Assembly (NCBI GenBank): GCA_026002795.1
Contig: BPGA01000001.1
Coordinates: 150,001-182,000, forward strand
Source of the DNA: Candidatus Saccharimonadota bacterium
GTDB lineage: Archaea > Nanobdellota > Nanobdellia > Pacearchaeales > GW2011-AR1
Direction: 5' to 3'
Length of the DNA: 32,000 nucleotides
The notes under the pieces were generated by a model, which saw only the letters and a program-made list of their open reading frames with translations, was not told where the DNA came from and made no database searches. A program made the position numbers and the translations under genes. Within the stretch, counting starts at the first letter, position 1, and each line of letters opens with the position of its first letter. Of the stretch, positions 25,187-32,000 are shown piece by piece.

Positions 25187-25209
25187 TAAAATCTGCAATG
25201 CAGATTTTA
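25187..25209 (-). promoter_or_regulatory. 23-bp perfect palindrome in the ftsZ leader
   Basis: TAAAATCTGCA-A-TGCAGATTTTA, with 11-bp arms. It lies between the putative TATA box and the SD. Confidence 0.45.
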
Positions 25210-25210
25210 T

Positions 25211-25259
25211 TGAAGAGTGCAAATTTTTACCGAAAGGTTTATATAGTTGACACTCTTCA
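25211..25259 (-). promoter_or_regulatory. 9-bp inverted repeat (TGAAGAGTG / CACTCTTCA) bracketing the putative ftsZ TATA box
   Basis: The arms are at 25211-25219 and 25251-25259. The 31-nt spacer contains TTTATATA (25238-25245), which reads TATATAAA on the ftsZ strand. Confidence 0.4.
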
Positions 25260-25289
25260 TACTATCACCTAAGAATTCATTTCAAGATA

Positions 25290-25317
25290 ATTTATTCAAT
25301 CCCCCAATTGAATAAAT
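25290..25317. promoter_or_regulatory. Hairpin or inverted repeat ATTTATTCAAT-CCCCCA-ATTGAATAAAT
   Basis: Perfect 11-bp arms with a C-rich 6-nt loop. It sits in the gap between the MBL-hydrolase gene and ftsZ. Confidence 0.35.
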
Positions 25318-25449
25318 ATTAATATATTGAAAGGTTAAAGTGCTTTTTCTTTAAAAATATTTCTGTGATTAGAAAAATTTTATATAAAATATTTTTTAAA
25401 GAAAAAATTTAAGATTTTTAATAAATTATTATTTTTTAGTGGTGTTTTT

Positions 25450-26124
25450 TTAATCTTTCTCTAAAATTTCGGTTTGGATTTCAGACTCTTTACATAATTC
25501 ACAAAATTCTTTTGCATCTTCTTCACTGCCAATTATGCTTCCCCAATGCATAGGAATTGCGATTGTTGGTTTTATTATTTTAGCTGCTTCTGCTGCTTCA
25601 TCTGCAGACATTGTAAATCTTCCTCCAACAGGAAGCAAAGCTATAAAAGTTTTTCCTTGTTGTTTATGTCCTGTGAGTTTTTGCATTTCTGGAATTAAAT
25701 CAGTGTCTCCAGCATGATAAATTATTACTTCTTTTATTTTTATTACATAACCAACCCAAGAAGATTCTTTTGGATGAAATGTTTTGTCAGTATTGTAGGC
25801 TGGAACAGAAATTACTCTAAAATCTTGAAAATCTTTTTCCATGTCAGGACCTATTATTTCAACTTCTACTTTTTCTTCAATTTTTGAAAGAATACTTTGA
25901 CAATCGGCAGGAGAAATTATTTTCGTTCCTTCTTTTACAATTTTTTTCAAATCTATTAAGCTACAATGATCATAATGGTTGTGTGTTATAAAAATAAAAT
26001 CAGCTTTTTCTAGATTATCTCTCAAATTATAAGGATCTACATAAATTATTTTATTTTTATCTTCTATTTTTATTAAAAAAGATGCGTGACCAAGCCACCT
26101 TAATTCTAAACCATTTATTTTCAT
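25450..26124 (-). CDS. Metallo-beta-lactamase-fold hydrolase (UPF0173-like)
   Basis: LRWLGHASFLIK and the HxHxDH motif (FITHNHYDHC). 224 aa. An A/T box lies about 26 nt upstream. Confidence 0.85.
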   Translation of the reverse strand: MKINGLELRWLGHASFLIKIEDKNKIIYVDPYNLRDNLEKADFIFITHNHYDHCSLIDLKKIVKEGTKIISPADCQSILSKIEEKVEVEIIGPDMEKDFQDFRVISVPAYNTDKTFHPKESSWVGYVIKIKEVIIYHAGDTDLIPEMQKLTGHKQQGKTFIALLPVGGRFTMSADEAAEAAKIIKPTIAIPMHWGSIIGSEEDAKEFCELCKESEIQTEILEKD

Positions 26125-26305
26125 AAGAAAGAAAAAAAGTAAAAGTTTTTAAGAGTTTTGATAGTTTTTCAAAAAAATGAAAAATTTAATGGATTTTTTA
26201 AAGTTAATCAAGTTATCTGAAAATTTTATTAAGATTTTATTAAGGTTATAAATAAGATAAGTGAAAATAAAAAAACATAAAAAAGAATTAGAAAAAAATT
26301 AAAGA

Positions 26306-26461
26306 TTACCACTCTTCATCTTCATACTCTTCATCGTCAGAATCTTCATCTTCATACTCATCGTCGTAGTCGTCATCAAAATCTTCTTCATCGTCTTCAT
26401 CTAAATTTTCGTCTTCTTCGTCTGTGTCTTCTTCAAATTCTTCATCAAAATCTCTAGGCAT
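26306..26461 (-). CDS. Hyper-acidic 51-aa microprotein (unannotated, not in the ORF track)
   Basis: Hand translation gives MPRDFDEEFEEDTDEEDENLDEDDEEDFDDDYDDEYEDEDSDDEEYEDEEW*. The ATG at 26461 is preceded by GGAGGT (26470-26465) with a 3-nt spacer. 37 of 51 residues are D or E. The frame stays open in stop-rich AT DNA. Confidence 0.55.
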   Translation of the reverse strand: MPRDFDEEFEEDTDEEDENLDEDDEEDFDDDYDDEYEDEDSDDEEYEDEEW

Positions 26462-26464
26462 TTT

Positions 26465-26470
26465 ACCTCC
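26465..26470 (-). promoter_or_regulatory. Shine-Dalgarno sequence (GGAGGT) of the acidic micro-ORF
   Basis: The plus strand reads ACCTCC. On the minus strand the context is GGAGGTAAAATG. Confidence 0.5.
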
Positions 26471-26738
26471 TTATTTTTGATAAAATTCAGAAGAATTAAC
26501 CTTTTTAAATTTTTTGATTTTTTGTTAACATATTTTTGTAAAGAATAAATCAAGAGGAGATTGTTATTTGTTATTATATGATTAAATCTAAAATATTAGA
26601 AATTTAAACTTAATATTTTTCTTAATAGAAAAATTTTTAGAAAAATACTTAGAAAAGAAACACTTTATCAAAAAAATAAGCAAAAAGATTTCGCCTTACA
26701 AATTAATTCAAGAGATTAATTTATAAAGATTAATCGTT

Positions 26739-28037
26739 TTAAGGCCTCCATCTTGAAATTGTTCTCGGAAATGCTATAGCGTCTTTTATATCATCAAGAC
26801 CACAAATCCATTTAATGAGTCTTTCTGTTCCTAAACCAAACCCTCCGTGAGGAATTGCACCATAAGAATGTATATCTAAATAGTAAAAGTAATCTTCTAT
26901 TTTTTCTCCTTTCTTTTTTAAAGATTTTTTAAGTTCTTCTATGTTTGTTTCTCTAACACTTCCTCCTATAATTTCGTGGTTATTTTCGGGAGCTAGAAGA
27001 TCAAAACATAAAGCTGTTTTAGGGTTTTTAGGATCTCTCGGCTTATAAAATGCCATTATTTCTTTAGGATAATTTGTTACAAAAACAGGTGTATCATAAT
27101 CTTCCATAAATTTTTCTTCTTCTATTGTTCTTAGATCTTTCCCCCATGGTACATTTATTCCTTTATTTTTTAAGATTTTAAGAACGTCATCATACCTAAT
27201 TCTAGGAAACTTTTTTTTAAGGCTTGGTTCTAATTTTTTAATGTCTCTTTTCAAAATTTCAAGTTCTTTTCTATTTTTTTCTAAAACTCTTTTTATAACA
27301 TGCTTAATCATTTCTTCAGCATAATCCATCAATTCATCAAGATCAGCCCATGCAACTTCCATTTCTGTGTGCCAGTACTCGGCAAGATGTCTATTTGTCT
27401 TTGATTTTTCTGCTCTAAAACTTGGAGCAACACAATAAATTTTTTCTAAAGAATACATTGCTGCTTCTGCATAAAGTTGCCATGTTTGAGTTAAATACAT
27501 CTTTCTACCAAAGTAATTAACTTCAAAAAGAGTTGGGCCCTCTTCTGCACCTCCCGGAATTATTATAGGAGATTGAAATTCGTAAAAACCTTTGCTTCTA
27601 AAATATTCGTGTAAAGCACCAATAACTGTACTTCTAATTTTCAGTATAGAATTCATCTTCCTGCTTCTCAACCATAAATGTCTTCGATCACCTAAAAGCT
27701 CTTCATTTAATGTTTTTTGTATTGGGAAATTCTCGCTCTTGCCGACAATTTCGATTTCGTCAACATTAATTTCATAACCTGTTGGAGCTCTTTTGTCTTT
27801 TTTAATCTCTCCAGTTATTTTTAAAGAAGTTTCAATTTGAATTTTATCAATTTCTTTCCATTGTCTTTCAAATTTTTTTCTTTCTAAAACACATTGAATA
27901 ATATCTGAAGCATCTCTTAAAATTATAAATTTAAACTCATTACTACCTCTTTCTCTGTAAACCCAACCACGAACAGAGACCTTTCCTTTTCCTTTTTTTA
28001 TTGCTTCTTCTATTAATATAAACTTTTTATCTTCCAT
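26739..28037 (-). CDS. asnS: Asparaginyl-tRNA synthetase
   Basis: Class IIb aaRS. Motif 2 region: SFRAEKSKTNRHLAEYWHTEMEVAW (AsnRS form). Motif 3 region: YGAIPHGGFGLGTERLIKW...AFPR. An N-terminal OB anticodon-binding domain is present. Confidence 0.82.
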   Translation of the reverse strand: MEDKKFILIEEAIKKGKGKVSVRGWVYRERGSNEFKFIILRDASDIIQCVLERKKFERQWKEIDKIQIETSLKITGEIKKDKRAPTGYEINVDEIEIVGKSENFPIQKTLNEELLGDRRHLWLRSRKMNSILKIRSTVIGALHEYFRSKGFYEFQSPIIIPGGAEEGPTLFEVNYFGRKMYLTQTWQLYAEAAMYSLEKIYCVAPSFRAEKSKTNRHLAEYWHTEMEVAWADLDELMDYAEEMIKHVIKRVLEKNRKELEILKRDIKKLEPSLKKKFPRIRYDDVLKILKNKGINVPWGKDLRTIEEEKFMEDYDTPVFVTNYPKEIMAFYKPRDPKNPKTALCFDLLAPENNHEIIGGSVRETNIEELKKSLKKKGEKIEDYFYYLDIHSYGAIPHGGFGLGTERLIKWICGLDDIKDAIAFPRTISRWRP

Positions 28038-28041
28038 TTTT

Positions 28042-29328
28042 TTAAGGAGTTAGTCTTTTTGAATCTCTTGGAAATAATGTAGCTTCTCTAATATTTTCTA
28101 AATTTAATATTGATTGAGTAAATCTTTCTAAACCAATACTCCATCCAGAGTGTTCTGGAGCACCATATTTAAATGCATCGATATACCATTTAAAGTTTTT
28201 AGGATCTAATCCTTTGTTTTTTATCTGTTTTTCTAGTATCTCTGGAATATGAATTCTTTGACCACCAGAAGAAATTTCTAATCCATTAAATAAAGCATCA
28301 AAACCTGCAGACACATTCTTATTTTTGTCTTTAGGCCAAATGTAAAAAGGCTTTAGGTCAATTGGCCATTCATAAGTAAAAATTATTGTATTTGGAAACA
28401 TCTCACATAGTTTTCTCTCTGCCTCTGGAGAAAAATCCTCTCCTTCTTCTATTTTAAAATTATTTTTTTTAAGTAGTGTTATCGCCTCTTTATATCTTAA
28501 GTATTTTACTTTTGGAATATCTAATTTTATATTTAAAATTTCAAGTTCTTTTTTATTTTTCTCAATAACCCTTTTCATTATAAATTTTACCACACTCTCG
28601 AGATATTTCATTACATCTAAGTCATTTGAAAAAGCAACTTCAATATCAAGCTGTCTTATCTCATTTATATGCCTAGAGGTATCATGTTTTTCAGCTCTCC
28701 ATACTGCTCCGGTTGAAAAAACTTTTTCTAACGAAATAGCCATTAGTTGTTTGTAAAGTTGAGGACTTTGCGCAAGATAAGCTTTTTTTCCAAAATAATT
28801 TACTTCAAAAAGTTCTGTCCCACCTTCTGTAGATGTTGCAATGATTGCTGGTGTTTGTATTTCTATAAAACCCTTATTATAAAAAAATTCTCGAAAAGAG
28901 TTTATTATTGTTGATTGAATTTTAAAAATAGAACTTATCTTTGGTTTTCTTACATCTAAATATCTAAAATCAAGTCTTCTTGATAAATCTGTTTTAGCGC
29001 CTTTATCATTAATTTGAATTGGAATCTCTTCTGATTTATTTAAAATAGTTATATCAGATACTTCAACTTCTAAATTTTTTATAGTTAATTCTTTATTTGT
29101 AAGGTTTGCTTTTTTTACAGTTCCTTTTAAACTAACAACATCCTCAAGTTTTATCTCTTCTTTATTTTTTTCTTTAACAACTCCTTCTTTTAAAACACAC
29201 TGGACTATTCCTGAAATATCCCTGAGCAAAAAAAATTTTGTTTTTCCAAGTTCTCGAATATCATGAACCCATCCCTTAAGAAGAACTTTTTGATTTTCTT
29301 TTATTTCAGAAATATAAATTCTCTCCAT
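28042..29328 (-). CDS. aspS: Aspartyl-tRNA synthetase (archaeal type)
   Basis: YLAQSPQLYKQLMA (QSPQLYKQ is the AspRS form), WRAEKHDTSRHINEIRQLDIEVAF, EISSGGQRIH, and YGAPEHSGWSIGLERF...LFPRDSKRLTP. Confidence 0.82.
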   Translation of the reverse strand: MERIYISEIKENQKVLLKGWVHDIRELGKTKFFLLRDISGIVQCVLKEGVVKEKNKEEIKLEDVVSLKGTVKKANLTNKELTIKNLEVEVSDITILNKSEEIPIQINDKGAKTDLSRRLDFRYLDVRKPKISSIFKIQSTIINSFREFFYNKGFIEIQTPAIIATSTEGGTELFEVNYFGKKAYLAQSPQLYKQLMAISLEKVFSTGAVWRAEKHDTSRHINEIRQLDIEVAFSNDLDVMKYLESVVKFIMKRVIEKNKKELEILNIKLDIPKVKYLRYKEAITLLKKNNFKIEEGEDFSPEAERKLCEMFPNTIIFTYEWPIDLKPFYIWPKDKNKNVSAGFDALFNGLEISSGGQRIHIPEILEKQIKNKGLDPKNFKWYIDAFKYGAPEHSGWSIGLERFTQSILNLENIREATLFPRDSKRLTP

Positions 29329-29362
29329 AATTTAATATTTAAAGACAAGTTTATTAATTTAT

Positions 29363-29929
29363 TCATTGGATTTTTTCTGTGTTGTTATTATCTGAAACAA
29401 AAACAGCTGCTGCAACAACTGTCGTCCAAAGTCCAGCTTTTCCTTCTGCTGATTGGGTTATGTTTCTTGTTTTTATTATTTTTCCTGACATCTTATAAAC
29501 TTGTTCTCTTTCATCCCAACCCATATTTTCATCAAATTCTATACCTAAAGTAGTAGCAAGCATACTAGCAGCTAAATCTTCAGCATAATCTCCTGCTGTC
29601 TCGGCTGTCTCTCCATATGTGTGGTGTTCAGATAGATAACCATACTGGTTTTCGTCGGAGGGAATAGCAACACCAATAGAAGAAGCAATAAGTCGATTGT
29701 TTTCATTTGTCTCTGCACGAGCCATAACACAATAAACAATTTCTCCTGGCTTTAGTTTTTTTAATCCTTCATCTTTTGAAATTATTTTACAATTTGGTGG
29801 AAAAATACTAGAGACAGTAACGAGGTTAAACTTTTCTATTCCGGCATCTCTAAGAGCAAGTTCAAAACTAGCAAGTCTTTCTTTGTGCCTTCCAACTCCT
29901 TTTGTGAAAAATAATTTGTTTGGGACCAT
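29363..29929 (-). CDS. pdaD: Pyruvoyl-dependent arginine decarboxylase
   Basis: [39 protein letters not shown] contains the family's self-processing Ser-Ser site. The 188-aa size fits PdaD. Confidence 0.88.
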   Translation of the reverse strand: MVPNKLFFTKGVGRHKERLASFELALRDAGIEKFNLVTVSSIFPPNCKIISKDEGLKKLKPGEIVYCVMARAETNENNRLIASSIGVAIPSDENQYGYLSEHHTYGETAETAGDYAEDLAASMLATTLGIEFDENMGWDEREQVYKMSGKIIKTRNITQSAEGKAGLWTTVVAAAVFVSDNNNTEKIQ

Positions 29930-30036
29930 CTATAAAATTAATTATAAAAATAGTTTCACTTTATTTTTAAGTTTTTCTTTTTTATATTTTTTAGAGAATA
30001 ATAATACTTAAAAACAAAAAAATTTGAAAAGGTTTA

Positions 30037-30495
30037 ATGAATAGTTTAGAAAAAAAAGTTGAAGAATCTGGCTCTGTTTATACTGTTGAAGAATTAAAAG
30101 AAGCAGTATATTGGCTTTGTTTAAATTATGTTAGATGTGACGGTGCTATTTTAAGTAATCATCTTATTTCAGAAGCCTCTAAAAGATTTTCAAAAAGGTT
30201 TTATTTAAGATCAAAAAATTTAATTAAACCAATAACACACAACCTTATAACAAATCTTTGTAGGCCATACTACAATGAAAGACTAAGAGAATTTCAGTAT
30301 ATTGTACTTTCTAATGCTAAATTTTTTATAGAGAAGATTTTTGAAAAAAATGGAAAAAAATTTAGTTTATATGTTCCAGATAACTTAAAAAGAGTTTTAA
30401 TAATTTTCGAAAACGAGGAGAGTTTAATTAGATATGTAAATTCAAGAATTTGTCATTCTCATGATAATCTTTATGTTTTTAGATCTAAGTTTTGA
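30037..30495 (+). CDS. Hypothetical protein
   Basis: 152-aa ORF with no recognisable motif. Its 3' end overlaps the gatE 3' end by 11 nt in convergent orientation. Confidence 0.45.
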   Translation: MNSLEKKVEESGSVYTVEELKEAVYWLCLNYVRCDGAILSNHLISEASKRFSKRFYLRSKNLIKPITHNLITNLCRPYYNERLREFQYIVLSNAKFFIEKIFEKNGKKFSLYVPDNLKRVLIIFENEESLIRYVNSRICHSHDNLYVFRSKF

Positions 30496-31930
30496 AATGT
30501 TTTTTTAGTAAATCTGAAATTTCTTTTCCAGAAAATTTTCCTTCAAATTTTTTCATTATTAAACCCATATAAGCATTAAAAGAAAGTCCTGGTTTCTGCT
30601 TTATAATTTTAATTATCTCTTCTTCAAGATTTTCTATTTCCTCAGGTTTGCTTTTTTTAATTATTAAATTTAAATCTTCTCCTTCTGCAATTTTCTCTAA
30701 AATATTTTTTATTTGTCCTTCTGAGATCACTCCTTTTTTAATGTTTTCAATTATGCTTGATAGAACATCCAAACTGAATTTCTTTTCTAAATTTTTTATT
30801 TTTTTCCTAGAAGATATCTCTTTAGGATAAATTAAAAGCATTTTAAAAATTAGTTTAGGATTGTAAAAAATTTTTGACAATTCTTTAAAATCTTCAAATT
30901 TTTTTTCTTTAAAGAGTAAAGAAACCATTTCTTGATTAAGTCCTTCGATTTTTTCTTCTTTTGGCTTTAAATTTTTTTTAGATTTGTTTATTATATCTCT
31001 AGAAATTTTCAGTAAAGGAAGATCTGTTTCTGGATACATTCTAGAAGGACCTGGCAATGGTCTTAAAAACTCTGATGTTCCGTCTGCAAGAACTTTTCTA
31101 ACTTCTGGAGCGCTTTGATTTTTTTTAATGAGGTCTAGCTGTCTTTTTACTTCTATTTCAATTGCTTTTTCTATATTTCTTATATCTTGAAATCCTTTAA
31201 GTTCTATTCTTGAACTGCCTTTAATTGAAAGATTTATGTCCTGTCTTATTGTGCCTATTCCTCTTTTTACTTTACATTTTCTTAGTATTTCTCCTATTTT
31301 TAGTGCTGTTTCTTTTGCTTGACTCGGATTTTTTATTTCTGCTTTTGTGGCTATTTCAACAAGAGGAATTCCAAGTCTGTCTAACCTATAAACAGCTACA
31401 TTTCCTTCTTTTGAAATTATTCTTGCTGAATCTTCTTCTAAACAAATTGTTGCTATGCCAACTTTTCCAAAACTAGTTTCGACAAATCCATCTTGCGCAA
31501 TTAAAACAGTTCTCTGAAAACCAGATGTGTTGCTACCATCAACTACAGTTTTCCTCATAATTTGAGTTATTGGTAAAATCTTTGCATTTAACATTAAAGA
31601 TATTTGTAAAGCAATTTCAAGAGCCTCTTTATTTATTTCGTGTGGCGGCTCTTCATCAAGCTCAACTAAACAATTTGTATCTTTATAGGCTTCATAAATA
31701 AACTCTTTATCTAAACTTGCTTCATATTTAGCTGCAACATCTACCTCTCCAGATTCTCCAGCAACAAGGTGTAATTTTCTTTTTATTTTATAGTCTGCTT
31801 CATCTTTCCTTAAAATTGATGGGCAGTTGCAAAAAAGTTTTTTGGTATCTAGTTGCTGATGTATTTCAAGACCACATTTCAAACCAATTTTTTCGTAATC
31901 TATTTCTTGAGGTTCTTGTATTGATTCCAT
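30485..31930 (-). CDS. gatE: Glutamyl-tRNA(Gln) amidotransferase subunit E, short form
   Basis: GatE-type motifs: GLKCGLEIHQQL, RKTVVDGSNTSGFQRT, RLGIPLVEI, GIGTIRQDINLSI, and FLRPLPGPSRMYPETDLP. It is only 481 aa long. Confidence 0.82.
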   Translation of the reverse strand: MESIQEPQEIDYEKIGLKCGLEIHQQLDTKKLFCNCPSILRKDEADYKIKRKLHLVAGESGEVDVAAKYEASLDKEFIYEAYKDTNCLVELDEEPPHEINKEALEIALQISLMLNAKILPITQIMRKTVVDGSNTSGFQRTVLIAQDGFVETSFGKVGIATICLEEDSARIISKEGNVAVYRLDRLGIPLVEIATKAEIKNPSQAKETALKIGEILRKCKVKRGIGTIRQDINLSIKGSSRIELKGFQDIRNIEKAIEIEVKRQLDLIKKNQSAPEVRKVLADGTSEFLRPLPGPSRMYPETDLPLLKISRDIINKSKKNLKPKEEKIEGLNQEMVSLLFKEKKFEDFKELSKIFYNPKLIFKMLLIYPKEISSRKKIKNLEKKFSLDVLSSIIENIKKGVISEGQIKNILEKIAEGEDLNLIIKKSKPEEIENLEEEIIKIIKQKPGLSFNAYMGLIMKKFEGKFSGKEISDLLKKHFKT

Positions 31931-32000
31931 AATTTACTCAAGAAGAAAGGATTATTAAAATTAACTTATGCTAATTTTAACTTACCAAAACTTTAAATTT

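Noticed and set aside
25160-25222. TTG-initiated 21-codon extension of ftsZ in the ORF track.
   Set aside because: A perfect GGAGGT plus ATG lies at 25173-25157. The extension would translate the 23-bp palindrome, and conserved FtsZ sequence begins only after the ATG.
25343-25407. Inverted repeat of about 18 bp (T5CT3A5TATT / AATAT6A3GA6) with one bulge and a 26-nt loop, downstream of the MBL-hydrolase gene.
   Set aside because: It is almost pure A/T homopolymer runs. Such pseudo-symmetry arises easily in low-complexity AT DNA. It could simply be an oligo-T termination zone.
29263-29553. 96-aa plus-strand hydrophobic ORF spanning the aspS start and the pdaD end.
   Set aside because: It overlaps two well-supported minus-strand genes, and its F/L-rich translation is typical of AT-rich antisense frames.
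1-32000. I looked by eye for CRISPR repeats, IS or transposase and integrase genes, rRNA, C/D-box sRNAs (RUGAUGA...CUGA) in intergenic gaps, tRNA introns, inteins in mcm and lig, and in-frame stop recoding.
   Set aside because: I found none of these. The only TGATGA-like strings lie inside coding regions or lack a matching D box. All large ORFs are intact under the standard code. A visual scan cannot exclude small structured RNAs.

Overview
The window is very AT-rich and tightly packed. It reads as a core informational region of a small-genome archaeon, probably DPANN-like; that lineage call is inference. The archaeal assignment rests on TBP, MCM, ATP-dependent DNA ligase, aIF1A, aIF2-beta, L15e, NAC, Sec61-beta/SecG, GatE, pyruvoyl arginine decarboxylase and FtsZ.

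I support 37 protein genes, one of them a 20-codon fragment at the left edge. Two complete genes are shorter than 60 aa and missing from the ORF track: secG at 2460-2615 and a hyper-acidic 51-aa ORF at 26306-26461. There are three intron-less tRNAs without encoded CCA: Gly-CCC, Ile-GAU and Asn-GUU. I saw no rRNA, CRISPR array, transposase, integrase or recognisable defence genes.

Most genes have an A/T box about 26 nt upstream of the ATG and no Shine-Dalgarno sequence, which implies leaderless mRNAs. Only three genes carry a perfect GGAGGT: a DUF5679-like zinc ribbon, ftsZ and the acidic micro-ORF.

I do not see a convincing multi-gene novel system. The best candidates for something undescribed are:
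- the orphan polyanionic microprotein, sitting in the largest non-coding gap;
- a protein with 17-aa repeats ([GS]LVNxAxEVxGDQ) that contains a 98-bp perfect internal duplication;
- the heavily structured ftsZ leader and terminator;
- a modular Cys-rich surface protein;
- a tandem pair of uncharacterised paralogs upstream of minD;
- reduced or split translation enzymes (GatE without its insertion domain, MetRS split from its tRNA-binding domain) and a bacterial-type mnmA.

All product calls come from motif recognition by eye. No database search was run.
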